Positions 30,363-47,925 are shown, numbered from the stretch's first letter. The stretch is DNA of 64,000 nt from Eledone cirrhosa (GCA_964016885.1 OZ024752.1:35836001-35900000); one strand, 5' to 3'. Notes: a model not told the origin generated them from the letters alone. Translations and numbers: made by a program.

Positions 30363-31149
30363 CTTCGAGCTACGTAGCCTATCAAGTAACGTTACTCCAA
30401 AGACCCTTCAAGGGAAACTCATTCTAACCACATGTCCGTAGTATCGGAGCTATGATCTCTCAATTCGGAGAAGTAACGATTTTACTTGGAGCGACTCTGA
30501 TCTCCGAGCTACACACTTTATCAGAGCTGTGATCTATCAACTTGAAGTAGCAACTCTACCTGAGACGTATCTCTGATTTCCGAGCTATTCACTCTATCGT
30601 ATAACATTACGCCAAAGACACTGTCGTGCTATTCTCTTACTAAATTATAGACACAGAATAAGTAGATAGTTGATTCTATTAAAGGAAGGAATGGATTTAC
30701 GAATGTCATCAGCGACCTTCATTTTACTTTCATTAGGTAATAACCGGCGAATAAAATGAGCAGAGAAATATTCGGTTGTCAAGTATGAAATTTGTAGTAA
30801 TTTGTAAAAAAAAAACAACAAATTTCTACAAATTTCATACTTGACTACCCAATATATCTCATTAGGATAGAGGACTAGTTAGTCAAAGCTTAGTCTTAAA
30901 AATAATAAATGCATGTGACTAATCATCCAGATCTGTAAAGATGAAACCAATATATAAACTGTCAATAACAAATGTTCACAATTGTATCAGCCTACTTCAT
31001 GATGTCCTTGACATATATGTAAGTGTGTGTGCGTGTGCGTGAACAATAGTATTGCAAGCTCTGAGATAAATGTTATATATATAATAAATATATATATATA
31101 ATATATATACATATATCCGAGAGCTTCCAACAGAAATGGTCGCATTCTT

Positions 31150-31300
31150 TAAGGGTATGTCAATATTTATTTATAAAACTGATCTATATTATATTTTATC
31201 TGATGAAAGCGCACCATAATTTGACTTGGTGTCCTTGAAATATGGATAATGAAATAAATATGGTTTTATAAATATAGTTTCCATTTGTTAATATATCGTA
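31150..31300 (+). mobile_element. Solo family A PLE-end fragment with hammerhead motif
   Basis: ATTTTAT-CTGATGA-AAGCGCACCA..TGGTGTCCTT-GAAA. Confidence 0.7.
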
Positions 31301-31428
31301 TGTATAATATATATATATAATATATATAATAAATATATATATATAATATATATAATAAATATATAATATATATAATAAATATATATATATAATATATATA
31401 ATAAACATATATAATATATATAATAAAT

Positions 31429-31494
<66 letters not shown>

Positions 31495-31499
<5 letters not shown>

Positions 31500-31688
31500 T
31501 AATAAAACAATGAATAAACAAAGAAACAGTTCCTTATATTAAAAAAAATTCATCATTTTACGATCGTTTCTAGGATATAAATGTGTTAGAGTTGGTATGC
31601 ATATTCTATAGATCTATGTACAATATTTATACAAACTATCAGAGAGAATATACATACCTACACATATATATGCTGTCTTCAGAAATAA
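31495..31688 (-). mobile_element. Family B PLE-end fragment (long-helix-II hammerhead), abutting a SINE at 31686-31874
   Basis: ACGATCGTTTCTAGG..TCTTCAGAAATAAT homologous to 39770-39918 and 56594-56742. Confidence 0.75.
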
Positions 31689-31996
31689 TTGTTTCTGCTT
31701 TAGGCACAAGGCCAGCAATTACCCAGTGCATTACTGGTACTTTATTTTATCGACCCCGTAAGGATGAAAGGCAAAGTCAACCTCGGCGGGATATGAACTC
31801 AGATCGTAAAGGGACGTAACTATGCTGGAAAGCATGGCGTCCGACCCTCTACCGATACTGCCAATCCACCGCCCTATATATATTTATATAATGAATAAAA
31901 AATATGGGTTAAGCTAGTAAAATATACGAATACAGACAGTAATCTCATGTCATCAGTTGACCGCTAGAGATACGTTATTTCAATGCTCTCTCTCTC

Positions 31997-32055
<59 letters not shown>

Positions 32056-32173
32056 TTAAGGTCGAGTGATCAGCGGCCTTTAGACTCACCTGATCAATGA
32101 AACGACTGTTAATACTGTAAATAAAACCCCTTTTGTACAGCCGACCATGTTATTCTTCTCTCTCTCTCTCTCT

Positions 32174-32271
<98 letters not shown>

Positions 32272-32536
32272 TTTTTATCATTTATTTTATTTTGACCTGT
32301 TTAGCTTGATTTGGTTTGGGGCTTGGGTGGTTAATCCCTTCTTGACCACCTTTTCAGTTTTGTATGGCTTCTTAACACATTGTTTAGCTCTGGTTTTTAA
32401 CTATTGAGCACCTTGCCAGTATCATTTCTGATTTTTGCGTTTCGCTTCGCTTTTCCTACCCGCCGAAAATGCGATTATCGCTGAATCTTTATTTGTGTGT
32501 ATATATATATATATATATATATACGTATATATATGC

Positions 32537-32570
<34 letters not shown>

Positions 32571-32572
<2 letters not shown>

Positions 32573-32860
32573 AAGGCGGGTAAAATTCCAGAGATCCATG
32601 GACGAGTTCTCTCCAGCGGTCCCTGTCCCTCATTATCGCTGCCATGTCCTGCGTCTCCAACAGACCAGTGTCTGTCCTTAGGGCATCAACATACATTAAC
32701 CTTGGTCTTCCTCTTCTAGTGTGTCCATGTAGGGGCTCCCAAAGAAGCACTGAGTGCAATGTCAACTCTGGATGTCGGTGAGCATGTCCAGCCAACCTCA
32801 GTATCCTCTGTGTCACTTTTGAGTTGACTTTTGGGATGCTCCCATACAGCAGTAGTCGAC
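32571..32860 (-). mobile_element. 3' fragment of the RTE/RTEX-like LINE, between TA tracts
   Basis: Same family as 17289-17543 and 42670-43122 ([24 protein letters not shown]). Confidence 0.88.
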
Positions 32861-32861
32861 T

Positions 32862-33847
<986 letters not shown>

Positions 33848-34078
33848 TTTGGCGGTCATTCTGATACGGAGAGAGTCAACCGCTGACATGGGATTAAAAC
33901 ATCGGTAAGAAAATTTTTTTTATATCGATGTTTGACGGGCATCCACTGATGATTTATAAGTGCCCACCTGCATATATTCCTACGGAATGTTGTGAAGGAT
34001 TCTACATAACCCAGACACATTCTCCCAACTTGTAGAAACTTATAATGAAACAATTGTTTGGAAAAGGAGATATATTTT

Positions 34079-34316
34079 AATTATGTCTCATATAAAATAA
34101 TACTACTGGTCTTCCGCAAAATACATATAGTTAGAACCCCAAACGTAAAATTGGGATTATACTAAGGTATATCCTAATGTTTGTTGAGTGAGATGGGACC
34201 CAGTCAAAGTGTAGCTTAAGGCTTTCTCTGTTAATGTATTGTATATATATATATATATACGTATATATATACGTATATATATATGTAGTGTATATATATA
34301 TATTCTCTGTTAATGT

Positions 34317-34356
<40 letters not shown>

Positions 34357-34516
34357 ACATTAACAGAGAAAGCCTTAAGCTACACTTTGACTGGGTCCCA
34401 TCTCACTCAACAAACATTGGGATATACCTTAGTATAATCCCAATTTTACGTTTGGGGTTCTAACTATATGTATTTTGCGGAAGACCAGTAGTATTATTTT
34501 ATATGAGACATAATTA
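34079..34516. repeat. Fold-back insert with ~165 bp arms around a TA-rich centre
   Basis: ATTATGTCTCATATAAAATAATACTACTGGTC.. / ..GACCAGTAGTATTATTTTATATGAGACATAAT. Confidence 0.9.
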
Positions 34517-35442
<926 letters not shown>

Positions 35443-35448
<6 letters not shown>

Positions 35449-35908
35449 ATTAAATAAATGGAAAACTATATTTATAAAACCATATTTATTTCATTATATA
35501 TATTTCGGGGATATCATATTAACAATATGCTATGCCTTCATCAGACAAAATACAATATAAACAGTTTTATAGATAAATATATTCGACATACCGTAATAAA
35601 CATCAACTTCATTTGAAGAGGTTCACTCTAGCAGTGAAAATACAGAGAGAAAGAAAGAGAGAGAGAAAAGAGGGAAATAAGAAAGAAAGAAAGACAAAAC
35701 GAAGAAAAGGAAGAAAAAGAAGAAATGCATGGGACAAAATAGAGAGATGGAAAAATAGATAAAGCGAAGAGCTTCATGTAAAGAGACCGAAAGAGATATA
35801 TATATATAGAGAGAGAGAGAGGAAATAGAGATAGATACATATATAAATATAGATATAGAAAAATTAGGTAGTGGGAGGTCATTTTGAGTAAGTGTATCAA
35901 TGATGCAT

Positions 35909-35943
<35 letters not shown>

Positions 35944-38900
35944 GCTCAAGTATTAATGTAAGGGAGATATAGAGAGATATAGAGAGATATAGAGAGAGAA
36001 AAATTTAAAAATAGCCAGACATATTCGAGGCGTAGAAAACCCTATGTTTTAATGTATTAGTATTTATAAAACTTACACTATATTGTAAATATCAGTATTC
36101 CTGAATGAAACAAGTATTCACAATGCGTGAAAATTCATTATCTTATGTTTAGTTTTTTAAAAAAATTCATATGTCTATGTGAATCCAACTGATTCACTCC
36201 GCAAATTCAAAGTTACCGGAAAACATTCTCAATGTGGTATAAACATTTGAGCGTATTATTATTCTTGTGCGATTACTCTACAAGATTATCTATCAAGCAG
36301 AAATAGAGAGCAGATTTCAATATACTAATCGAAAATATATATTATATTATAAGCAGAGATAACAATAATAATGATAATAAGTAAAAATATATAAAAATAT
36401 AAAAATATAGAATAGAAAACTAAAAAAGAATATTACGAAAGAATATTACATAATAAAAATATTGCATATTAAAAATACTACGTATTAAAAATATTACGTA
36501 TTAAAACTTTACATATAAAAATATTAAAAATATTAAAAATATTAAAAATAAAAATTTACATATAAAAAAAAATTTACATATAAAAATATTAAAAATAAAA
36601 ATAAAATAAAATAAAAAATAAAAATATAAAAATATTATAGAATACTACAATACTAAAAGAATAAAAATAAAAATACAAATAAAAATAAAAATAAAAATAA
36701 AAATAAAAATAAAAATAAAAATAAAAATAAAAATAAAAATGAAAATAAAAAATAAACCACAAAGAACAACCCTTCAAGGTTAATTGACTCTAACCACCCC
36801 AGATCTGTCAAAAACACTATAGTAAACTCAGTCCAAAAGCGTATCTCTAGGATCTCGTCGAATAGAAAGATTTTTGACGAAAAGGCCCAATACTATAATG
36901 ATGCACTAGCTAGGGCAGGGTATGCTGATAAGATTGTGTACATAGATAATGATAAACAAACTAAACAAAGTAACAACTTTTTTAATTATGGCAACAACAT
37001 TAACAACTATAATAGAAAGCATTACAATAATTCCAAAGGACAAAAAAGAAATAGAACTAGGAACATAATTTGGTTTGCCCCCCCCTTTCTCACTAAACAT
37101 TAAAACCCACATCGCTAAATTATTTTTCAAAGCTCTTGATAATCGCTTCCCTAGAACACATAGGTACCTCTCAATCTTCAATAGGCATACAATTAAATTA
37201 ACCTATTCATCCACCAAAAATTTAGCACAAAATATTAATAGAATAAATAATAGGAACTTAAAACCTACTGATAATAGCATAAATAATATACAAGTTAACA
37301 AATGTAACTGTAGAGATAGATCTAAATGTCCGTTAAATAACAACTGCTTAGTTAAAAATATAGTATACAATTGTAATGTTAATACTGACTCTAATTCTTT
37401 TAACTACGTCGGTTCCACATCGACGGAATTTAAACTTCGCTATAATAACCACAAGAATTCTTTCACAGATCCAAATAAAAAATCTTCAACGGCACTATCA
37501 GGTGTACTCTGGCAACTTAAGCTAGATAACGTTAGATATTCGACGGCTTGGAATATAGTCTCAAGAGGGATTCCTTTTAATTCATCCTCTGAGACATGTG
37601 ACCTCTGCGCAGAGGAGATATTCTTTATACTAAAATCTAAAAATTCCCTTAACCTACGGACAAATTTATTCAGTTGTTGCAAACATAGATTAAACTCAAC
37701 GTTTAAATATAAATTTAAATTTAAAATGTAGTATATTTAGTTTGATTTATATTTATATGAGAACTAGCCGATAAATCTTTTGATTCCTAAATCTTTGATT
37801 CCCTCTTTTTACTCTTTTTATTGTTTATTTTATTGTATTTATTTTTATTTTTATTTTTATTTTTATTTTTATTTTTATTTTTATTTTTATTTTTATTTTT
37901 ATTTTTATTTTTATCTAAACATTCCTCATGAAAAATTAAGCTACCCTAAAAGCCGATGCTCCAAATTTTCTGAATTAACCTTACACTTGATAAACTTATA
38001 TATTAAATATAGGAACATATGTAGACATTATTGGACATCATAATCTTTTTTTGCGATATTCCTTGCTAGATGTGATTTGATAGATAATTTTTGGCTTTGT
38101 CTTGTAGTGAACTTGGCAATATATTGTCAATTAACCTTGAAGGGTTGTTCTTTGTGGTTTATTTTTTATTTTCATTTTTATTTTTATTTTTATTTTTATT
38201 TTTATTTTTATTTTTATTTTTATTTTTATTTGTATTTTTATTTTTATTCTTTTAGTATTGTAGTATTCTATAATATTTTTATATTTTTATTTTTTATTTT
38301 ATTTTATTTTTATTTTTAATATTTTTATATGTAAATTTTTTTTTTTTTTTTTTATATGTAAATTTTTATTTTTAATATTTTTAATATTTTTAATATTTTT
38401 ATATGTAAAGTTTTAATACGTAATATTTTTAATACGTAGTATTTTTAATATGCAATATTTTTATTATGTAATATTCTTTCGTAATATTCTTTTTTAGTTT
38501 TCTATTCTATATTTTTATATTTTTATATATTTTTACTTATTATCATTATTATTGTTATCTCTGCTTATAATATAATATATATTTTCGATTAGTATATTGA
38601 AATCTGCTCTCTATTTCTGCTTGATAGATAATCTTGTAGAGTAATCGCAAGAATAATAATACGCTCAAATGTTTATACCACATTGAGAATGTTTTCCGGT
38701 AACTTTGAATTTGCGGAGTGAATCAGTTGGATTCACATAGACATATGAATTTTTTTTAAAAAACTAAACATAAGATAATGAATTTTCACGCATTGTGAAT
38801 ACTTGTTTCATTCAGGAATACTGATATTTACAATATAGTGTAAGTTTTATAAATACTAATACATTAAAACATAGGGTTTTCTACGCCTCGAATATGTCTG

Positions 38901-38972
38901 GCTATTTTTAAATTTTTCTCTCTCTATATCTCTCTATATCTCTCTATATCTCCCTTACATTAATACTTGAGC

Positions 38973-39007
<35 letters not shown>

Positions 39008-39570
39008 ATGCATCATTGATACACTTACTCAAAATGACCTCCCACTACCTAATTTTTCTATATCTATATTTATATATGTATCTATCTCTATTTCCTCTCT
39101 CTCTCTCTATATATATATATCTCTTTCGGTCTCTTTACATGAAGCTCTTCGCTTTATCTATTTTTCCATCTCTCTATTTTGTCCCATGCATTTCTTCTTT
39201 TTCTTCTTTTTCTTCCTTTTCTTCGTTTTGTCTTTCTTTCTTTCTTATTTCCCTCTTTTCTCTCTCTCTTTCTTTCTCTCTGTATTTTCACTGCTAGAGT
39301 GAACCTCTTCAAATGAAGTTGATGTTTATTACGGTATGTCGAATATATTTATCTATAAAACTGTTTATATTGTATTTTGTCTGATGAAGGCATAGCATAT
39401 TGTTAATATGATATCCCCGAAATATATATAATGAAATAAATATGGTTTTATAAATATAGTTTTCCATTTATTTAATATTGTAAATATACTCCAAGTATTT
39501 GTCGAGTGCTTTTATATCAGTTATAAATATTTACTAGTTGTAACCCAACAATTTTAAATATAACTTTACA
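35443..39570 (+). mobile_element. 5'-truncated Penelope-like element (family A) with ~1.35 kb inverted terminal arm
   Basis: Arm 35443-36787 mirrors 38107-39483; between them an RT-thumb/GIY-YIG coding remnant; hammerhead at ~39373-39438; (TA)n on both sides. Confidence 0.92.
36788..37730 (+). pseudogene. PLE polyprotein C-terminus: RT thumb, Cys linker and GIY-YIG endonuclease (frameshifted)
   Basis: SNHPRSVK..YYNDALARAGY; RNIIWF/PPFS across an apparent frameshift at the poly-C near 37080; CNCRDRSKCPL; NIVYNCNV..YVGSTSTEFKLRYNNHKNSF; CDLCAEE; CCKH. Confidence 0.9.
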
Positions 39571-39594
39571 TATATATATATATATATATATATA

Positions 39595-40410
<816 letters not shown>

Positions 40411-40702
40411 GTATATATATATATATATATATATATACGTATATATATATATATATATATATATACGTATATATATATATATATATATATATACGTATAT
40501 ACGTATATATATATATATATATACGTATATACGTATATATATATATATATACGTATATACGTATATATATATATATATACGTATATACGTATATATATAT
40601 ATATATATATACGTATATACGTATATATATATATATATATATATACGTATATACGTATATATATATATATATATATATATACGTATATATATATATATAT
40701 GA

Positions 40703-41540
40703 ATAAAGTTAGTCCTTCATCAGTGATCTTTCAACCATCATTGGTATTTCATCGCTTTAAAGACCATATACCTCCGGTTGGTGCGAGCAACGGCTAAAAA
40801 AGTCATTGGGACACGTAAATAAAGGGGTCAGTGAGAGGGTAAACAAACAAAGATGGTGAAGCAACGAAAAGTGAGGAAGAACGAGTCAAGTCCCAAATTT
40901 CCATGAATATAAGTTCGGTGAAATCGTGAACAAGACTGATGAGGGACTAATTTTATGATATGTAATCCATGTGCAACCATGCAGTATTCTTCTCCCCATG
41001 TTTTTCACATATATATTTACCTAAACTGCGATTATCTATTTCTCTCTTTCTCTCTTACTGCTCCCCCGTTCTCTCTGTTTCTCTTACCTTCTTTCGTCCC
41101 CTCTGTCAGTTAACACTTTCTCTCGACTGACCTCTTCCTCGCACTTCCACTCACTCACTCTCTGTTTCTCCCCTTCTCACTTCCCCCCGTTCGCTAGGAG
41201 TGGGATTCCTTCTTTCTCACATCCCATTCACAGCGAAAGGTCTGTTTCCTGAGCGCTCATGAAATTCACCCAGCTTATGCTGATCGGATAACCATGTTGC
41301 TTGATTTTCTTCCCATCTTCGGTTAGCTCTTCCTTCTATGTTGTTTACTTGTCTCACTCGCTTTACGCGTTTCACTTGTCCCAATAGCTTATTTTAGTTA
41401 TTGCTCGCACCAACCTGAGGTATATGATTTTTAATGCGATGAAATACCAATGATCGTTGGCAAATCACTGATGAGGGACTAATTTTATAATATGTAATCC
41501 ATCTTCAACCATGCAGTATTCTTCTCCCCATGTTTTTCAC

Positions 41541-41545
<5 letters not shown>
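40703..41545. repeat. Diverged fold-back insert with internal direct duplication
   Basis: 40705-40900 is inverted relative to ~41300-41485; CTGATGAGGGACTAATTTTAT..CCCATGTTTTTCACAT occurs at both 40937 and 41468; related sequence at 63950-64000. Confidence 0.7.
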
Positions 41546-41605
<60 letters not shown>

Positions 41606-41816
41606 GTATATATATATATATATATATTTGCTGTGTAAACACAGATAGTTAAATAATTAAATCTTCTCCTTTGCTGACTATCCGAAATTCGAATACTGTG
41701 ATTTACCGATTGATGGTGAAATATTTTTCCTTATTTAATGAAATATATATAAAGGGGATTAATCCTTTTTAAAAGGTGTATATATTTGAAATTCTCATTA
41801 ACTTTAATTAGTTACC

Positions 41817-42022
41817 TACCTAGCTATGTGTGCTTACACTCTTTACAAATTATCCCCTGTGATTGTTTCATATGTTTATTTTATATATATATATATATCA
41901 ATCGATTTCTAGTTTATATATATATATATCAACTAGAAATCGATTGATATATATATAAAATAAACATATGAAACAATCACAGGGGATAATTTGTAAAGAG
42001 TGTAAGCACACATAGCTAGGTA
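41817..42022. repeat. Fold-back insert; related single arm at ~29860-29990
   Basis: ACCTAGCTATGTGTGCTTACAC.. / ..GTGTAAGCACACATAGCTAGGT. Confidence 0.85.
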
Positions 42023-42169
42023 TATATATATGAAGGATAGTGAGTAGGCTTTCGTATTTTGTAATGTTCAGTTGATGTGCGTGACAAAAAAGAAAAAGAC
42101 GGCTTACCATACAGATGTGCTCAATGTATTTGATGAAGTATCGACAGTCGATCGACAACATCCCAGACC

Positions 42170-42397
42170 ACATTCGCTTAACGAATGGAATGGAGCTCGT
42201 CAAATAGGACCGAGGAAACAATGTTTCCATTCGTCTTTCCAATTGCTAATACTATCTATCGGTCGCAACTCCAGGTAGAAGCAGCTACGTGAAATAAAGT
42301 GTCTTGCTGAAGGACGTAACGCATCGCCTGGTCTGGGAATCCAACTCACAAACTCACGATTGCGAATCCAATTCTCTAACCACTCAGCCACGCGCCT
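42170..42397 (-). mobile_element. Second tRNA-derived SINE family (CORE-like); other heads at ~43660-43795 and ~55805-55935
   Basis: Minus strand GGCGCGTGGCTGAGTGGTTAGAG (A box)..GAGTTGGATTCCC (B box)..GTCCTTCAGCAAGACACTTTATTTCAC; 3' part also at ~12890-13020 and ~1365-1450. Confidence 0.8.
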
Positions 42398-42409
42398 TCA
42401 CAATGAAGA

Positions 42410-42633
42410 ATTATTTGCTTTCTTATATAGGCACAAGGCCAGCAATTTTGGGGGAGGGGGAAAGTCGATTAAATCGACCCCAGTGCGAGACTGGTACTTT
42501 ATTTTATCGACCCCGTAAGGACGAAAGGCAAAGTTAACCTCGGCGGGATTTGAACTCAGATCATAAAGGACCGTAACTCTATGCTGCAAAGCATGGCGTC
42601 TGACCCTCTACCGATACTGCCAATCCACCGCCC
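42410..42633 (-). mobile_element. Main-family SINE, full length
   Basis: GGGCGGTGGATTGGCAGTATCGGTAGAG head on minus; flanked by direct repeat TCACAATGAAGAATTAT (likely TSD). Confidence 0.9.
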
Positions 42634-42667
42634 TCACAATGAAGAATTATATAGTAAATATTTTTTT

Positions 42668-43122
42668 GTCCCTCATTATCGCTGCCATGTCCTGCGTCTC
42701 CAACAGACCAGTGTCTGTCCTTAGGGCATCAACATACGTTAACCTTGGTCTTCCTCTTCTTGTATGTCCATGTAGGGGCTCCCAAAGGAGCACTGAGTGC
42801 AATGTCAACTCTGGATGTCGGTGAGCATGTCCATCTAACCTCAGTCTCCTCTGTGTCACTTTTGAGCTGACTTTTGGGATGCTCCCATACAGCTCTGAGT
42901 TTTTCTTCCTCAGTGTATACTGATTAATGTTCAGAGCCATCCTCAGCATTCTCGTGTAGCACCCATCCACCATCTGAGTGAGTTTCTTGGTCAGTGTCCA
43001 AGTCTCAGACCCATACAGCAGCACAGACTCCACTACAGCAATGAAGACATGGCAGCGATAATGAGGGACAGAGACCGCTGGAGAGAACTCGTCCATGGAT
43101 CTCGGGAATTTTACCCGCCTTA
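42668..43122 (-). mobile_element. RTE/RTEX-like LINE fragment with inverted 3' terminal piece
   Basis: VFIAVVESVLLYGSETWTLTKKLTQMVDGCYTRMLRMALN..; 43047-43122 is the element's 3' end on the plus strand. Confidence 0.88.
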
Positions 43123-44256
43123 GAGAGAGATAAAGATAGTAAATATACTCGATGTAATATTATATAGTAAATACCTGGTTGATATTCATATATAGGTTCC
43201 AATGAGTAAACCACGGAACAATATAATATAATATAGACTGGAAATCAGGAAATATTAGGCAAGAATTGTTGAAGATTGAAGCAGAATTTCTTGATGCAGG
43301 TGATTTATTAACACGTGTTTCAACACAGTTACATAATGGACTGCAAGATCTAGATTGTTATGTAATCCACTATAGTGCAATGCGTTAAGACCGTACGCAT
43401 ATCATCATCCGAAAACTGAAGCTGGTGGATAAAGAAATTATACATCATCATCATCATCATCATCATTTCATTTTACGTCCACTTTTCCCTGCTTGCAAGG
43501 GTGGGACGGGAACTGATTCTGGCTTGATTTCTACAGCTGGATGCCCTTCCTAACACCAACCTCATTTACAGTGAGTGCTGGGTGCTTTTTTGCCGTGGCA
43601 CCTCCATGACCACTTTGCAGTGGAATGATTTGAACCCCAGTCCCTATCATCTCATTTCTGCAGCTGAGTAAACTGGAGTAATGTGAAATAAAGTGTCTTG
43701 CTCAAGGAAACAACACATCACCCGGTCTGAGAATTGAACTTCCAACCTTTCGATTGCAAGCCCAATGCTCTAACCACTAAGCCATGTGCCTCCATGTATA
43801 TGTATATATACCCACCACCCATGTATTCATGGTACAGGCCTCCAGTATTTATTTCTTTATTTCCACAAGAATATTTGTTCAGTAAATCTTAAAACAGACA
43901 TTGAATTGTATTTTAATATTTTATTATGATGTAATGATAAGAAGGAAAGCGATCCATAGGCTTAGAAATATTAAAAGTTTTATAAAAAAGGAAAAATAAA
44001 ATCGATGATCTTCAGTTAAAAATATAGATGCCGAAGCAATAGGTATATATATTTATATATATAGAGATTTTGAGTTTATGTTGGTTGTATACCAACACCT
44101 CAGTATGCAGGCTGGAGCACTCGACAAAGTGCGCAGGTTGGTTGACTCCAGTTCCTCAGTGAAATAGCAACCCAACAAGGAACTGGGCATATCAGAGTAT
44201 TGACAATATTATACACCTCAACGACATATGTACTTGTCTATACCATACTAATTCAA

Positions 44257-44311
44257 ACTGCCTGAAGAGGTCACAGCCAAAGATGGCTGTCACTGAAATA
44301 TATATAGCAGT
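44257..44311 (+). ncRNA. Type I hammerhead ribozyme motif (family D)
   Basis: ACTGC-CTGAAGA-GGTCACAGCCA AAGA TGGCTGTCACT-GAAA-TATATA-TA-GCAGT; degenerate relative at ~29203-29261. Confidence 0.8.
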
Positions 44312-44360
44312 AATTAACGAAGCTAAATTTTAATCATTTGACTTTTATTTAACTTTATTT

Positions 44361-44393
<33 letters not shown>

Positions 44394-44637
44394 GCACTTC
44401 TCCGTATAAGACAAAAGCTGAAAAATATCTTTTGACATGCTAAAATACCCCCCATTGCTTTCAGACACATTCTTACTGACCATCCCTGCTACCATGAAAT
44501 TACTCTGCTATATACACACACACACACATATCTTAATAGCCATTTGACACACATCCCTGCTAACCATTATCACAACATCGAACACCTTACTACTACACAC
44601 ACACACACATATTTGTTGTGAAAGAGTCATTTCTCAA

Positions 44638-44883
44638 TCTTGGCACAAAACCAATTTTTTATTCACATGACCTCTACCGACCAATCAAAATTGTTTTGAC
44701 CACAAGAATTTTTGCAAACACCAAGTAGTGCTGGAGCCACTTTTTTAACATAAAAACAGTCTTGGCGCAAAATCAATTTTTTACATTCACATGACCTCTA
44801 CCGACCAATCAAAATTGTTTTGACCACAAGAATTTTTGCAACACCAAAGTAACGCTGGAGCCACTTTTTTAACATAAAAACAG
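44638..44883. repeat. Tandem duplication, ~122 bp x2
   Basis: ATTCACATGACCTCTACCGACCAATCAAAATTG..TTTAACATAAAAACAG occurs twice. Confidence 0.9.
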
Positions 44884-45099
44884 GTAGAATTCCCAAAACT
44901 AATCAGATCAGAGCAAACAACACGGACACTCTATCTCAAAATTATTTTTGAAAAGCATTTAGAAATGCGCAACCGGTAAAAACTTAAAAACTTAAAACCA
45001 CAACTGAATACTAACCCATACAATCACTAATACTCTTTTATTCCTAATTAAACCATTTTTCAACTGTGAACAATTTGTCAGCATTTTCTATTCCGTTTA

Positions 45100-45150
<51 letters not shown>

Positions 45151-45164
45151 TTATGTTTTACAAG

Positions 45165-45229
<65 letters not shown>

Positions 45230-45243
45230 TTATGTTTTACAAG

Positions 45244-45286
<43 letters not shown>

Positions 45287-45300
45287 TTATGTTTTACAAG

Positions 45301-45337
<37 letters not shown>

Positions 45338-45613
45338 TTGCAATTACACAACTACATACGCGGCTTTGCATACACTTATCTTACACATGTTTATATATAT
45401 ATATGTGTGTGTGTGTATGTATGTATATAAATATACATATTTAAATGTAGAGATGGAGAATCGAGAAGATCTCATACCATATCCGCTTACCAAGTGGGTT
45501 GGGATGGAACTCCTTAAACTGAACCAAGGAAACAATGACTCCACTGGTTTTTACATTGGTCATACTATCTACCAGTCGCAACTCTTGACAGTATATATAT
45601 ATATATACATACA

Positions 45614-45695
<82 letters not shown>

Positions 45696-45701
45696 CATAT
45701 A

Positions 45702-45819
<118 letters not shown>

Positions 45820-45925
45820 CAGACCTATATATATATATATATATATATATACAGACCTATATATATATATATACAGACCTATATATAAATATATATACAG
45901 ACCTATATATAAATATATATACAGA

Positions 45926-45979
<54 letters not shown>

Positions 45980-46090
45980 CCTATATATATATATATACAC
46001 ACACACATACATAAATATATATATATATATATATATATTTATGTATGTGTGTGTGTATATACAGACCTATATATATATATACACACATAC

Positions 46091-46134
<44 letters not shown>

Positions 46135-46164
46135 GTATGTGTGTGTGTATATATATATATATAG

Positions 46165-46230
<66 letters not shown>

Positions 46231-46232
46231 TT

Positions 46233-46710
46233 TTATTAAAATAACAGATTAAAGTTTAAGCAAAGAATCGCTGCTTTCACCCTTATCGGGATCTTCTGAA
46301 ACTAACAAAGTCAATCTGTTTTCGCAGAAGTTGATATTTCAAAAAACGTTGCAACCGGAGGAAGACAGGAAGACGATACTTTGGTTCGTGGAAACGTTCG
46401 CTGGCAAAGAACGGGAAAAAACGAATATAATACGTCATTAATAGGAGCGGTGAAAAGCAATTACGCGCAAAGACAGAACCACATTATGGCTCCGGTTGCA
46501 ACGTTTTTTGAAATATTCACTTCTGCGTTCACAGATTGACTTTGTTAGTTTCAGAAGATCCCGTTAAGGGTGAAAGCAGCGATTCTTTGCTTAAACTTTA
46601 ATCTGTTATTTTAATAAATATTTGCTCTACGGTTCTTATATATTTGATATATATTTATCCTTATCGAGCCCTCTTTGGATTTTAGTCTTGAAATTTATTA
46701 TTATTATTAT
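46233..46710. repeat. Fold-back insert with ~125 bp arms plus tail; related copies at ~24880-24985 and ~55478-55620
   Basis: TTATTAAAATAACAGATTAAAGTTTAAGCAAAGAATCG.. / ..CGATTCTTTGCTTAAACTTTAATCTGTTATTTTAATAA. Confidence 0.85.
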
Positions 46711-46722
46711 ATATATATATAC

Positions 46723-46767
<45 letters not shown>

Positions 46768-46800
46768 CCTATATATATATATATACACACACACACATAC

Positions 46801-46853
<53 letters not shown>

Positions 46854-46882
46854 CCTATATATATATATACACACACACATAC

Positions 46883-46927
<45 letters not shown>

Positions 46928-47147
46928 AACACATGCATTTGTCATATCAGGTCCTGAGCCAAATGAACAAGTCGATAACAAAATGGGAGAAATTATTTCC
47001 ATGAGCAAAAATAATGTTTTGGTGAGAATAAATTTTGGGGGGGATAATAATATTTCTTGCATGACCTGAGAAATACTTCCTGCTTTAGTGCGGAATTAAG
47101 TGAATGACTAGATTATAAAAAATTAGTAACATTTGTAAAAATAACGA

Positions 47148-47377
47148 TCATAATTCTTCATGGTTGGCATCAATATCTGTTAAGCTGACAACAATGTGTG
47201 GTGGTGTGTTGTTTATCATTGGAGCTTCTGACATTATTTCAGTAACCACGGGTTGTCTTTTCTTTTGGTACTTTCTCATAAATGGTATAATATATAACAA
47301 AAGACCACCTCCAACTAACGTTATTCCAGCTAGGTAAAATGAGAAGTCATAATTCTTTGTTTCATCATATAGCCAAC
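47148..47377 (-). CDS. SLC16/MCT-family transporter, last coding exon
   Basis: Poly-T TAG acceptor; GWLYDETKNYDFSFYLAGITLVGGGLLLYIIPF (TM12) to TGA at 47148; phase 1 compatible. Confidence 0.92.
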
Positions 47378-47547
47378 CTAAAAAAAAAAAAGAAAAAAAT
47401 GGACTGATAATTTTCAGAAATTCAGAACAATATGGTAGAAATACAAGGATTGGTTGAAAGGTACCTATGCTGACAATGAAAGAGTGATGTTAGTGTAGTG
47501 TTTATGAATTTATGTTATCAAGATACAGCTCACTGGCATTATGTTAT

Positions 47548-47925
47548 CGGTGAATTGGCAGTATCGGTAGAGGGTTGGACGCCATGCTTTCCAGCATAGT
47601 TACGTCCCTTTATGATCTGAGTTCAAATCCCGCCGAGGTTGACTTTGCCTTTCATCCTTACGGGGTCGATAAAATAAAGTACCAGTAATGCACTGGGTGA
47701 TTACTGGCCTTGTGCCTAAAGTAAAAACAATTATGTTATCGGTGGATTGGCAGTATCGGTAGAGGGTTGGACGCCATGCTTTCTAGCATAGTTACGTCCC
47801 TTTACAGTCTGAGTTCAAATCCTGCCGAGGTTAACTTTGCCTTTCATCCTTACGGGGTCGATAAAAGAAAGTACCAGTAATGTACTGGGTAATTGCTGGC
47901 CTTGTGCCTAACGTAGAAACAATTA
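47548..47925 (+). mobile_element. Two tandem main-family SINE copies (intronic)
   Basis: Heads at ~47549 and ~47741, each preceded by ATTATGTTATC. Confidence 0.88.

Noticed and set aside
40930-41490. CTGATGAG motifs at ~40937 and ~41468 as hammerheads
   Set aside because: No downstream helix II plus GAAA with consistent pairing could be built by eye
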